NCBI RefSeq assembly: GCF_003704095.1
Contig: NW_020844266.1
Coordinates: 124,001 to 188,000 of the forward strand
DNA: 64,000 nt
Reading direction: 5' to 3'
Origin: Pocillopora damicornis
Lineage: Eukaryota
In this document: positions 26,298-39,800 of the stretch, piece by piece
Numbering within the stretch: position 1 is the stretch's first letter
Layout: every line of letters starts with the position of its first letter
Notes under the pieces: generated by a model
The model's input: only the letters and a program-made list of their open reading frames with translations
Database searches by the model: none
What the model was told of the DNA's origin: nothing
Made by a program: the position numbers and the translations under genes

Positions 26298-26553
26298 AAC
26301 TGTTTTTATCAGTGTTTTTCTTCTTGCAATGCATTCTATTACATTATCGTTGCAAAGTCCTCTGTCAAACACATTAATATCTTTATTCATATGATATTTT
26401 TGCTTTAATTCAAAATATATCTTGCCTGACTTCTTCTCACTGTCATAAATGTAGAAATGTTTTGTATAAATCTTTCAGATTTCTTTCATAAAAAAGTGTA
26501 GGTATGATTTCACCCAACTTCATTTAGTTATTTGTAAGAACAGGAAAATGCAT

Positions 26554-29412
26554 CTATATGTCACCATCAGACACCTCATCACTATCATAAGTTCTGACAC
26601 GTTTATATGTAACCTTACTTGAATGTTTCTTGTTATTATGTGTACGATGATTTTTGCCACTATCTGATTCCTCGCTGTCAGAGAGGAGGACACATTTATT
26701 TCTAAATTTAGTTGATTTTTTGACGCAATCAAATGAATTATTATTCTCCTCACAACCAGATTCTTCATCACGTTCATGAATGAGGACACGTTTACGTCTC
26801 AATTCACTTGACTTTTTATTGCACCAATTTGCAAAATCATCGTCGTCATCATCATTATTACTATTAGTAACATGATTGTTCCTTTCTCCCTTTTTGTGAC
26901 CAGCTTTGTTCTTCATTCCATTACATGTATCCTTTTCTGTGACCATTCCAGATCTCAGCAACCTTTCCTCTGTCAAGAATGTTTCCCCACCACACCAATC
27001 CGTTATTTCCTTTCTGATAGCTGCATCCAATTCAACATTGTGTTTATTTACATTTTCCTCTGTGTCTGTGACTTCATCTGTTGCAACAGTGTCAGCAAGA
27101 GACCCATTTTTAAAGCTCTTGCTACGATTAAGTCTTTTAAGTGTGGAGTTCTTTTTCGGTTTCTTTTTCTTGAATATAGATGATTGCGTAATCTGTTTCG
27201 CGTGATAACCCGGTGTCACGCAAACTTCTGTGTTGGATACAGATGATCGCGTGACCCTTTTCGGGTGACAGCCTTGTGTCACGCTAACGTCCGTATTATC
27301 TGCATCCGCCACTTCTGCTGTCATCCAAGGTGTCCTTCTTTTCTCAACACCACAGTTTCTATCTTCTTCGTAGAAGTCGGCATCTAGAGAGAACAAATCG
27401 TGGATTATCGAATATTTTTCTTCCTTGTCGACGTGATTTTCACGAGGCTCATTTTCCGTTTGCTGGTGTGACGAGTCTGAGTCGTCATCTATCTGAATAA
27501 TTTCCACTCTATGCGAAGAGCACTTTCCACTTACTATTTGATCTTTTCGATTCTTTTGCGTTTCCTTGGTTCTCTTGGGTTCTTTTGGAAAATAAGTAGT
27601 TATTGGTCTCATTTTCACAATTTTCCTGTTTGAACGTTTCCTTGATTTCCTTTTCGTTGCTGGCGTCGATTGCTTCTCTTTAATTTCAATCTGCCTGATG
27701 ATATTTTTAGTTAAAGTTTTGGAGTAAGTCTGCAAATCTCTTAACAGGCGCCTCAAATTGTGATCTGGGTCAATTAGGTCTGTTATTGGAAGTTCCACAG
27801 TAAAACATTTTCCGTCGATGATATTACATTTCACATCTGAGATTTGTCTTATATCTGTTAGTAATTGGACTTCTTCGAGCTCCTCATATTCATGAAGACT
27901 CTCTGGAGCTGTTTCCATCTGTTTTACTATTCTATTAATTTCTTCCGGGTCTAACACAATGCGTCGTAAAGTTTCGATGTCTTTCCTGAGGAATATTTGT
28001 TTCAAAATGAAAATGTAAAAAGTTGGCAGGCTTTCCTCTAATGAGGTACTCTCCCAGAGGTAAATATTCGAAAGATTTTCATTATTTCGTTGCAGGGTAC
28101 TCGAAGTGGATCTCGTAAAAGAGAAATGAATCTTCCATGAATCGTCTTCTCCGCTCGCTTCGTTGGTCATCTGGTAAACCACATAACAGTTGTCAATATT
28201 CAACCATACTTTGTATGACGAGTTTTCCTTTGCCAGTTCAGGAGACTCAAGGGATACTTATAGGCTGCCAATATCGCTAGACTGTATTTTTCTCAGAAAA
28301 AGAGTCGTCCTCCGTGACTGTTGCGTGGCAACAGCAAAAGCGCTGCCATGCAAGGCTACCTTTGTAGGTGGACCGTTATAAGAAACCAACAGTTTCAAAT
28401 CGATCATCTCTCGCCATCAAATCATCTCTCTGAACTTAAATTGTTGATTTTGAACGATTTTCTTTGGCACAAAGTTTTTACCGAATCGAGTAGAAAGTTT
28501 GAGCAGCGAATATCTTTCTCAGAAATTTTGTAACGATTTCCAGGAAAGAGCATTCGATTCGAAGAGAACAACGTTAAAAATAACCTTACATTTACATTTA
28601 TCGTCGCTGCAATTTTGAAACATTGGAAGGTATAAAATTTGAACTCCAAATCAACATACGTTAATCTTGCAGGAGTGTTCAACCGCTAATGTTTGAAAAG
28701 AAATTGATAATCTTGCTACCTAACTTTATACTTGCGATTGCTCAATTAAAATAGAATGTGAAATATTTCGGAAGCAGTATCGTCCCACTTGCATTTTTAC
28801 GAACAGCCGCAAGCACTGTTCTCGCGTCGAAGATTGAAATTCCAATGCAACGGCGACAGCTGTAAACTTGTTATCAATAGGAAACGTTTGCTTCGGAGTT
28901 TTAAACTGTTCTAAAGAATTAACATAGAAAGAGCTTCTGTAAACAAGATGCGGCTTTGAATTAACCGCACACAAATATCCTTGTAGAGCTTTAAATAAAA
29001 CTGAGTTTCCTGCCAAAAATTTTTGTTGAACTGTAATTGTGCAATTACCTTTCGAAAGCTCACATGTAAACAGCAGTATCTTCAGCCGCGAGAACTATTA
29101 AAACCGTTACAAGTCTCCGTAATTGGTGAAATCTTTCGCTGCTATCAACTTCTCTCCGCTTTGCCATATACAAAAGGAAAAGAATTGGGGAATTGAAACT
29201 CCTTACTTGGAGGCTACTGTCAAATTTAACCGGGTTGAATTCGATTAACCGACAAAGAGAGACTGGGTCGAACCTTCTTTTTATAGTATGAACAGTAGGG
29301 ACTTTAAGATTCTGGACCAAAGGATTCTGAACGGTTGCAATGAGGTCGATCATCAAACTTCAAATGGCCAGAACATTAATCGTCAATTATCAAATTTGAA
29401 GATTTTTACCAT
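26554..29412 (-). pseudogene. Disrupted intronless orphan reading frame; the 3' 549 codons are still open
   Basis: ORF 26554-28203 has no ATG at its start. The frame continues upstream past a single TAA (28258-28260) to about 28415. Further stop- or frameshift-separated segments follow (28422-28682, 28726-29090, 29060-29356). The C-terminal half is charged and low-complexity. I recognise no domain. Confidence 0.5.
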
Positions 29413-29486
29413 GATCAGTCATTTTGCACTAAATTGCTTGTAATATTTACAAAATTCAATTACGAAGTTTCTTATGTTCTTTTTTT

Positions 29487-29729
29487 GGATCATGTGTACT
29501 ATAGGTGGCCTCGGTCGACATATCGGCCGATACATCGGCCGATATATCGGTCGACTATCGACCGCCTATAAGTTGACTATTGATCGGCCGACAGAGGACC
29601 GTTATATCGGCCGATAGTCGACCGATAAATTTGCACATATCGGCTGATGCATAGTAGTATAGTCGACCGATATATCGGTCGATTGTCGGCCTATATGTCG
29701 ACCGAGGCCACCTATAGTACACATGATCC
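29487..29729. mobile_element. Young MITE with 37-bp perfect TIRs and an 8-bp TSD
   Basis: ggatcatgtgtactataggtggcctcggtcgacatat inverted at both ends; cttttttt on both flanks (29479-29486, 29730-29737); internal atcggccga/gtcgaccga repeats. Confidence 0.9.
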
Positions 29730-30368
29730 CTTTTTTTTACGGCAGACTGCCATTTGAAAACACTTAACCTGTTATGAAACATTAGTCGCGTTCTTATAAA
29801 TGGTGTTACAACTCTCTCTTGTAAGTGGAACCCCTTTTGGTGCAGGAAAAATTGATTGCCTGAAAGAGGTAAATCTCAAACTCAGCACAAAAAGAGGTAA
29901 ATCACATGGATCCTTTTATGGGAACTATGAATTGCTTCATAAATGAAACTGTATAATAAAGAAAATGTACATAGTTTCTTCAGGAAAAAAAGCTCATTTC
30001 AGGCAATTTTGTTGATCTTCTACCCTAGGCTATTCGGCTATTCACTTTTCACGTTCAAAAAATGTTCTTCGGTCTAATTTATCCTACGAAAAATTCAAAT
30101 TTCTCTATGTACTATCTATACGATTAGTTTTGTGTACCATCTAAGATTTCTTTAAATTAAAACACTGGTCTTAATCAAATACGTTTTCTTCGTATGAATT
30201 TAGTGAAAAACGAGTGTCACGGCGAAGAAAAGGATATTTTCTGCTATTTCATTCTCAAGACTTCTTCATCGACTTTTCTACCTCGTTTCAAAAAAATTAA
30301 CGGCGCAGATGTTTTGCCAAAACTTGAGGATAAACTTTCTGATCAATCCTAATTCCATTCCGTGTGGC

Positions 30369-30578
30369 TTAACCTTTTAAACCCTAAGAGTGACCAGCAT
30401 CTAATTTCTCCTTACAGTAAAAATGCTGAATCATTCATTAAGATCATGAGAATAAAGGAAATGATCGCCAACTTAACAAGCTTTGATCTTCAAATGAATT
30501 CTTCTTGTCAGTACCACAAGAAACATGTGAAGAAGAGTATGGAGAAAATGGATACTGATGTTAGGGTGTAAAGGGCTA
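30369..30578. mobile_element. TTAA-type MITE downstream of B
   Basis: ttaaccttttaaaccctaa pairs with ttagggtgtaaagggcta. Confidence 0.7.
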
Positions 30579-30874
30579 CGGTAATTTTCTAAAGTTGGTG
30601 ATGTGTTTTCTGATGTGGTCTATCCATATCAATGTCCGTATCACTCTTTTCTATAATAGGGCAAAATGTTCGTCATTTAACTTGTTTCATTTATAAGGTT
30701 CTCCATCTAAATTATCGTAGAGTCCATAGTAGTTTCCATTTATATTTTGCCGTGTATCTTGTGTCACTTTCCAGTGAATCAGCTGTGTCCCCAATAGTCG
30801 CCGTACACCTTCAGGAATGGTGTTTGCTAAATTCGTACACTAACCAATTGGGAAATAAACGTACTCGGATTTTT

Positions 30875-33800
30875 TTAGTCGCTTTCTTTAACCGTACACA
30901 ACGTGCAGCCGTCGCTACCGACTAGGATGCTTTTTCCTCTTCGCACAATGCGCCTGATGCAGAATGCGTGACCTTTCTCGCATAATTTCCAGACATCTGT
31001 TCGGTAACCAGGAAAATTTGTGAAGTCTTGCGCTTCTATCGGCAGTGGCTCAAGTTTCACCTCTTTTCTAAGCAAATTGACGATTGTTTCCAGCCAGTCA
31101 ATATCTAGGATGTCATCATTTCCTTTGAGAAATTTCTTAAACCGAATGTGTGCTGACATCTTTCGATCTACACCATTGCCCGATAAGGAAATCCGATGCA
31201 TTAAAGCAATGTCCTGGACCTTTAAAACTTGAGAGAATAGGAAGAATTTTTTTGCCTGCTCGTGAATCTGGCTTAAACTTTCCAAATCAAGCTCTGGGTT
31301 TTCAAGATCCTCTTTAATGTTATTCATGGCATCTTTGATTGCTGGTTTCCATGGTTCGCTGACCTCACGATGTGCCTTAATGTTTGCCAGGACGTCTTCT
31401 GTGTTCGTAACCTGTTGAAGGATCATTAAATGATTTTTAAACGTAAATTTGAAAACACTACTGCGATTTCCACGCTGCAGATTGAAAGGATTCCACTTCC
31501 ATTGGATGGATCGTACAAAGTCAAGGTTTGCCTGTTCAAAACTTTTTCTGTGTTTCACATCATACTTCTGAATTGCACCGATGTCCTTTGCTAAACGAAT
31601 GACAGCGTCGCTAACCTCTATTTCAAGTTGTTCTATTTGTGTTTTCACGTTTTCAACGTTTTTCAGCATCCTTTTGACAATATTTCCGTAACGATAGCTG
31701 AATGTTATTGACGTTGAGCACCTGGGGCATTGTAGAAGTTGTACATGGTCACCCAATTTACGCACCATCCATGCGTCCATCTCTTCAACACTTATGATGT
31801 GACCACAGTCAAGAAGTTGAAGACACCTCATGGCTTCTTTTTTAGCAGAACCTTTCGCAGCTATTGTGGAGGAAAGCTTTTTGGCATTGCAAATGGCACA
31901 CAGCGTTGGACAGTTTTCTCCACACAAGCCAATACATGGATGTTGACAGGGGAGCTTCTTGGGACACGGAGCATTACATGGAGGGCGGTCGCACTCCTCC
32001 CCACAAAGATTCTTGCACTTATAATGTGGACACCTCCATTTGCACGGTTCAGTGCAAGAATCACATAGCTGTGAACAACGTCTTTTACATTTTCCGTGAG
32101 GACAACTCTTGGCACATTTCTTGTTACAGGGAGGGCAAGGTTCGCCACATGCAGCGTTGCAACGATGTAAACAGATCAGTAGTCGACCGCATTGATGTTG
32201 GCAAAATTCATGTGAACCTCTCTCCTGGCACTCGTAACATTTTCCGGTACAATAATGACCACATGGCAACTTTGCTTTACATTCAGCCGGGCATTGCACT
32301 TCATCGATCGGGTGCTTGCAACGCATCTCGATGTTATGGCCACACGACAGGAGTTTGTTAACAACCTCCTCACAAGGATAATTAGAGCAATCTTTTCCAC
32401 AAACTCCTTTACAGCGATGTTTGCACGAACTCTTCTGTCGCTGACAAGGAGCGGTGCAAGTGGCGGTTTTCCGTTGAAAACATCGAACATTTTCCATTTT
32501 GTGGCCACAAGGAAATTTATCTTCTATTCTGTGTGTGCATCTCATATTTTCACACTTCTCGCTACAAAGGCCCGGACATCGGTGACCACAACCAAGTTTT
32601 CTATTGCATTTTTCCTTGCATTTAACATCTCCGGGATTGTCACTGCACTTCATTTGGAGAGAGTGGCCTCCTGCGCAGTTGAGCGGTTTCAACACCTTTT
32701 TGTTGCATTTGTACTGACTACATTCTTCTGCACATTTACCCTGACATACGTGACCACAGGATAACCTCCGCTGGCACCTCTTTTTACAAACAACCTGGGA
32801 CACATTCTCAGAGCAGGGGCAACTGACTTTATGGAATCCACAGGCTAAATCCTTCTGAACTTCCACAGCACATTTGAAAGCAGCACAATTCTCACCGCAT
32901 TTTTTCTGACAACGGTGTTCACACGGAAGAAAGCGGTCACAAGGAGCATTACAGAAAATGTTTCCTTTTCGTCCTTGAGAGCACTCCACTTTCTTTTCAT
33001 GACCACAAGGCAATTTCATAGTAAGCTTTTCGTTACATTCATCCTTTGCTAATTCATTTCTCATTTTAGAGCATGATGTGAGCTTCCTGTGCCCACAGGA
33101 AAGGACAAGTTGAACCTCCTCTTCACATAGAAGAAAGCGATCACTAGGTGCATCAGAGATGTTTCCTTTTTGTCGTTCAGAGCACGTCATCTGCTTTTCA
33201 TGGCCACAAGGCAATTTCATAGTAACCACTTCGTTACATTCTCCCTTCGTCAATTCATTTTTCATTTCCGAGCATGTTGTGAGCTTCTCGTGGCCACAAG
33301 AAAGGGTCAGTTGAACCTCTTCTTGACAGGAGTGCTCCTCTGGATTAATATAACATCGGAGAAGTGTTTCATGCCCGCATGGTAATTTTCGTGTCGTTTT
33401 AACCGAGCAAGAGGCATTTTGCAAATCCTTTTTCAAAGAGAAGCAAACCAGAGACTTTGTATGTCCACATGATAGTTCAACATCTACTTTCTTCTTGCAC
33501 TTGCAATCATCAGGTTTTTTGTGACAGGGAAGAGTGGCCTTGTGTTTACAAGGTAATTCTTTCTCTACTTTCTCGTTGCACAATGGTTTTTTTTCTGCTC
33601 CCTGCGCAACACGGCACTCACAATGCATTTTGTGACCACAAGGCAGGTTAACTTCAATTCTTTCAGTGCATTTATACTTTGAGAGATTTTTGTGACACGG
33701 TAAAACCACCTCGTGACCGCACGGTAACATTTTGCTCGTAGGCAATGTGCATGGCTGAGCTTCACATTTTTTGCTACAAATGCTTACACATGGGTGTCCA

Positions 33801-36800
33801 CATGTTCTTAATCTTTGGCATGGTTTATCACATCTGATCGATTTTGGATCTATGTGACACAGCTTTTCGACTGTGTGTCCACATGTGGGAAGTGGCATAC
33901 TGTCTACTACCATGCAAGCATCACACGGACGACCAAGGTGGCATAGCTTTTGGCATGCGTGACCTCTTGCGCACTTGGTTTGGCACAACTCCTCACATTT
34001 GACTTCTTTGCATGGACAGCCGCATACTGACGGGCATTTGTGACCGCATTCCAATGGTCTCTTGCAAGGATTATAGCAAAAAGCACTTTTGGGGTCAACA
34101 TTGCAAGGCTCACTTTGTTGGTGCCCACAAGGAAGTTCTTTGATCACGGTTACTTTGCATAGATCCTCTCTACAATCCTCAAAACAGATGCCAGGACACT
34201 CATGACCGCAATCCAAAATTCTTCTGCATCTCTCCATGCACTGGAGTGAATCATGTTTCTTGTGGCACAAAACTCGTCTCATATGCTTACACGGTAGTTG
34301 AATCATGATTTCTTCGTTACACTGACATTCATCTTTACATCTTTTTTTGCAAGGGTGGCCACATTCCAGAACCTTCTTACAGTCGTTATTACATTCAGCA
34401 GATGTCGGATCACGGTGACATGCCATCTCTTTACTGTGCCCACATGGGAGACTTTTGAGACACTTTTCTTTGCATTTTGCAGTGCACACCTCTCCACACT
34501 TTTTTCTGCATTTATGTCCACATGGTAGCACCTTTTCGCATTTCACTAAACAGGAAAACGCTGCAGGATCAACACTGCATGGTATAGACTGTTCGTGCCC
34601 ACACCGAGGTACTGTCTTCAACATACTGTGATAACAATCAGGACAACGTTTTGGATAATGACAGACTTCTGTACACTGGTGTTCGTTGGGGCAAATATTG
34701 AAACACGCTTTTTGACATTGATCATGGTGATATGCGTCTGATGGATGGCAAGGTCTGTCACAAGCATGGCCACAATGAAGTCGTTCCCCACACATCCTAC
34801 TGCATCCTCCAAACTTTGGGAAATCGCCTGGATTTCGTACAGATGTCATATTCTTGTGTCTCTGGCAGGTAAGTTCAAAGGTATCGCCAATTGCTTTCGT
34901 TGCGTCTAAATCATTGCATATCCCCTGCCACACTTGACACTGGCGTCTTAGCATGTTCAGGTTTCCAATGCAGTAAAATCCCTTGCGTGCTCGTGACAAT
35001 GCAACACAAATTCTATTGGACTCACTAAGAAAACCAATTCGACCTTCTAAATTGCTTCTCACCAATGACAGAAGAATGATATCGTTTTCTTCTCCTTGAA
35101 AGTTGTCTACTGTACATATTTTGATTCCTTCAAATTGATTTCGTGGCATTTTTTCTTGAAGAAGAAGTAGCTGGCCGATGTACATGGTTAGAATTGTAAT
35201 TTGGTGCCGTCCGTAGCCTTGCTGTAGAAGATACATACATAGGGATTTCAAGAAGGTGGCTTCGTGGGGATTGGAGAAACTCTGCAGATTCCCATTTAGG
35301 CTCTCCAGTTGACAGTGATCAACAAAGAACATATTTTTTGTTATGCCAACTATATCCTCGAACTTGCACACTGTTTCGTGATCCAATATCTCATGATCGT
35401 AGAACCGTTTAGTCAGTGCAGCAATCTCAGGGCGCATGCGGTGCTGTATAGACAGCCGTTTGCAATCCATACTGTTCATTACCATTCTTTCGAATAAGGA
35501 AATTTCCAGGTTGTATTTCTGGGCCAGTTCATAGACTGTTGCTTTCGGGCGTAGCTGCTTGTGGTCTCCGATAAGTATAACATGATTTGTATCACGTGAT
35601 AGAGAAGTGATGATGTGCGCCTCCATTACTTCGGCCGCCTCCTCAATGATGACAATTTTTGGACCTATTTTTTGAAGCATTGAGTGGTACCTTGCGGCTC
35701 CGCTGGTTGTCATTCCAACTACAGTTGCTTTACGTATGACTTCTTCCTCCTCTTCTGCTCTTAACTCTTCTAATTCAGCACAAAGCTGCTCGTGCTTCCG
35801 TTCATATCCTTGAACTTCCATTCTGAGGCGATCACGGTAGCATTCGGCCCAGTAAAGGTACAATCGGAGTCTCTCATCTTCTGACAAGAACCAAATATTT
35901 GGCACATTCATCGCTTCTTCATCCGACATTCCAGATACATTTTGAAGCTTCTCTTGTATTTGGCTTGTGTCTGCTGTAAGATCAATCTCTTTTTTCTTCC
36001 CACGTTTTTTACTGGTCGTCTCTGTGCTATGGATGCCTCTACCAGTGTGATCTTTCCTATCTTCATTCCTCTTTCGTCTGGACGAATTCCTACATTCTAC
36101 CTTTGTCCATCCTCCGCCATTTTCATTATCATCTTTGTCATCTTCATCTTCACAGTTTCCTTTGTTGGGTAGTTGAATCGCTCTTATACATTCCTCTTCG
36201 CCTACTAGGCGTCTTTGATTTTGTATCCGTGTTGCTTCATCTTCTCTAGAGGTCGTGTCTTCATGGCGTTCATGTTTTTCTTCAACTTTTACTTCATCAG
36301 AACACCCTGCCTTCTGTTGCGGTGGTTTATCTGTAACGTGAACGTCAAATGATTGCCGGAAATGATCAGGACTTTGTTCACCTTCACTTTTATCCTCCTC
36401 TTGAAGAATTGATCCATCTACTCCATCAGTATGATTAGTCTTTGTTGACCCATCGGGCGCCGGATTCATATCATTTAACCGCGAGTTATTGCACAGCCAC
36501 AATTTAAAAGTATTGCGAGTTTTTCGACACTCAGTTGTTGTGTTTGGTGGAAATCGAGAACGATAAAGTTGGTCCACGTGAAGCGGAATCATGCCGTCTT
36601 CCAAAACTCTGAACTCCAGAATTTCTTTGTCAGCTTTGAGAATTGTTTTCTTGACATTTTCCATTTCTTTGTAATTATCTTTAAATCTCCAATGAATATA
36701 GAAACGCTTGTCACGTTGTCTGTTATCCTTTACGAATAGTTTCAAATTGCAACCCTCAAGACTTTGACTTTTGGACCTTCCCCCAACTCGAATTATTGCG

Positions 36801-39800
36801 CCCCTCTCCTGGTTGAATTCTAGTACTTTTTCGAGAAACTGATCCAGAGCGTGATTGGTGTAGCAGACCATTAACATCGGGGATGCTTTCTTAGGATCCC
36901 ATTGTTTTCGGTTCTCAAGAAGACATCGCGCGATCTTGGCTCCAACGTAAGTCTTGCCTGTCCCGGGGGGCCCTTGAATCACGGAGAACTCGGTCGTTAC
37001 TCCTGTTTTTAACGCCTCAAGCTGAGAAATGTTAAGGGGAAGTTCCTCAGCCGGTGGCCAAGCTTCGGGTTGGAGAACAGGTACCTTCTGTAGCTTTGCT
37101 GGATGACTTATAGCAAGGGCTTTGCTGAGATCGTAACATACGGGATCCTGATTGTTATCGCGTCTGAGATACTTTGGTGGGCCCACCTCGGCACTGCATT
37201 CAACCAAGTACTTAGGAAATGGCATGCTGTTTTCGTTTAGTTCTTGGAGTCCCTTGAGCACATGATAATACGCCTCAAAATACGCCGGAGACTCGGCCAT
37301 CTGGTACTGCACTTGACGCTTTTCGATACCAAAAACATTTTGATCTTCGACGAATCGGATGTCAAATTTACCTTCATCCACATCCTTTGGATCTCGATTT
37401 GCAACTGTGGCAAAGAGCATTGTTTGGAACTTGTCTTTGGAAAGGCAAACGAATGAACCAAAGATGAGCCGTTTTGAGTGAGCTAATATTGCTTTGGAAG
37501 ACTTAGAGTCATGAAGTTGAACTTTATAAATTACGCCAGAGGGTGTGAATTCCTTTCCGACAATGCGCACTCCTTGGTAGCATTTCATTGACTGGTTGCG
37601 CCGTTCTTTAGGAACGTTGTGGGTAATTTCATAAATTCCTTCCCTTAAGGGCTCGAGGAAATCTTCTCTAAGCAATCGAAACTGTACATCAAGATAATGT
37701 TCAACATCGTCATATCTTCCCTTTGAAATGTTCTTTCGCAGGAAAGGTCGTTCCTGAGATGCCATTTCTTTGTTTGTTGGACAAATTGGCAAATCCCTGA
37801 AGTCATTCGGAGGCTTTTCTCCTGTCATGTTAGTGTAACGTTGTCCTCGCTTTTGTCTCTCAGCTATAATGACATTATCTCTGATTTGTTTAAAGACCTC
37901 AAGTTCCTTTTCAAGCTCATCTTTTCTGTCGATGCTGGATTCATCTAAGGCTAGTTTCAATTGTTCATAGGGCAGGTCAGCATAAGAACTGGGCAAAGGC
38001 ATCAAAAATTGTGTGAATATTTTGATCAGATATTGAATAAGTTTTCTTTGGGATTCTTGGTCATTTAAGGTTACTGAGTCTTGAATACGATCTAGCAGGC
38101 ATGGAATCTTTGATTTTAAAAAAATTGAACCTTTCAGTGCCGTGAGAACTTTGACCACGTTCTCGTCTATTGGCTCTAGGCATACTCTCTCTAATATGCA
38201 GGTAAGATCAAAGATGAATTCATCACTATTGTACTGCTCCTCTTCCGATCGTAGAAAATGTTTGAAGCGAACCATACTCTCATTCAATTTTTGCACAATA
38301 CCGGCGCCTTTCGTCTCTTTTAACATTTTCAAGTCTAGCACAGTTTTCCCTGATAAACAGCCTCGCAAAGGTACCTGTCCTTTCTGCTCTGATGGGGAAC
38401 AGACATCCCTATTTCCTGGAAAAGGCGTTCTTGCTTGTTTTGCTTGTATTTGACCTGTGTTATAAGGAATTGCGTTCCAAAATAAGTTAATCGTTTTTCA
38501 TTTGATTTCGTCGTTATCAGAGAACTGGGTAACTCTATCAGAAGTCATCACCAGCTTACATTTTAGCTTGGAGAGGTTACCTTATCACCATAATAGATTT
38601 CAAAGGGCATGCTAGTAGGCCCTTGCTTATTTTTTGCGTCGCATTTTTTCCTTTCCTTTTTTGATACACATTATAAGAATTTCTGATTATTCAACAACCC
38701 TTCACTCAATGACCCACGTTGCTGGGCAGCTTCGAGTGACAAAGCTATGTGTGACATGTATTTGATAGGAGTAGAAGCTTTTATACACCAATGAAAAATT
38801 TGCAGCAGAGCTTATGGGATGGTATTGTTCTCTTGTTATCTGTGATTAAAGAACTTGCAAGCTTTGGTCAAGAGTAACTGAACAAAGATTGAATGAAAAT
38901 TGTGCTATCCTCTGAATCAATTGATAATAGCATAGAATTCCAATTTAACCCTTACCTGAACGTTTTCCCTTTTCAAATGGTGACGCCATCATGGGACCTT
39001 TTCCGGGTTCCCGTGATTCTCCCTGAACTTGTTTGCTATGTTTATCAACGTTGTCATCTACGATTGAAAGAATGTTGTTTTAGAAAGACAAGTACAATTA
39101 TCTGGAGAGTGCCCACGAACGTGAAGGACTAAACTTTCTGCAATACATGAATAAGAGTTTAGGAGTAAATGGCCGCCTCGCTTGGTCTCGTGTAGATTAA
39201 CAGTCCCTTAGGAACGAATTTTGTATTGCGAGGGCCCAAAGGCAGCAGTAATTGTGGTGTATTTAAATGAGCCATAATAGAGAGAAATGGTTCTCCAGAA
39301 AAATCTGATTCTTTAGACAAGCTCTCCTAGCCTTTTAATTTGGCGTATGTTGTAGTTTACACTCCTATCTTATAAACTACTCGCAACCACTACCAGCGCA
39401 TTTATCTCCTTTTTTCCTCATCAACTAGAAGTGCGTTTGTGTGTATGGGAGGGGGGGGGGAGGGGTTTGAGGGAGGTGCACGGGTGCACGATCTCCCCTA
39501 GCCTCCTTTTCCTACGGGCATGGATGATAACTAATAAGATAACTCATACAGCAAACTGTACCCTTAATTGCTTTGCTTTGATGTCCAAAGATCCCGACAG
39601 GCCACTCACCTCGAGTTTTTCGCTGAACTGGTCCGTTGTCTACTGAGCCTCCACTTGCCTTTTGAGTGGCTGACCTTGCTGCTTGTGGTGTCGTTTTCTT
39701 CTCTGTACCTGTCTGACTTGACTCAGTTGTAGCTTCAGTATCTAAAAATATTCCGTTAAAATCGTAATTTGTCACTAAGGTGAGATTTTGACGCAGCCTA

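Noticed and set aside
20700-26500. ZFAS1-like snoRNA host gene opposite ZNFX1
   Set aside because: I found no convincing C/D box pair with a terminal stem; a snoRNA covariance search would be needed.
30875-38454. Main exons of B and C are both 7580 nt
   Set aside because: Internal indels differ (insert length versus finger number), so the match is coincidental.
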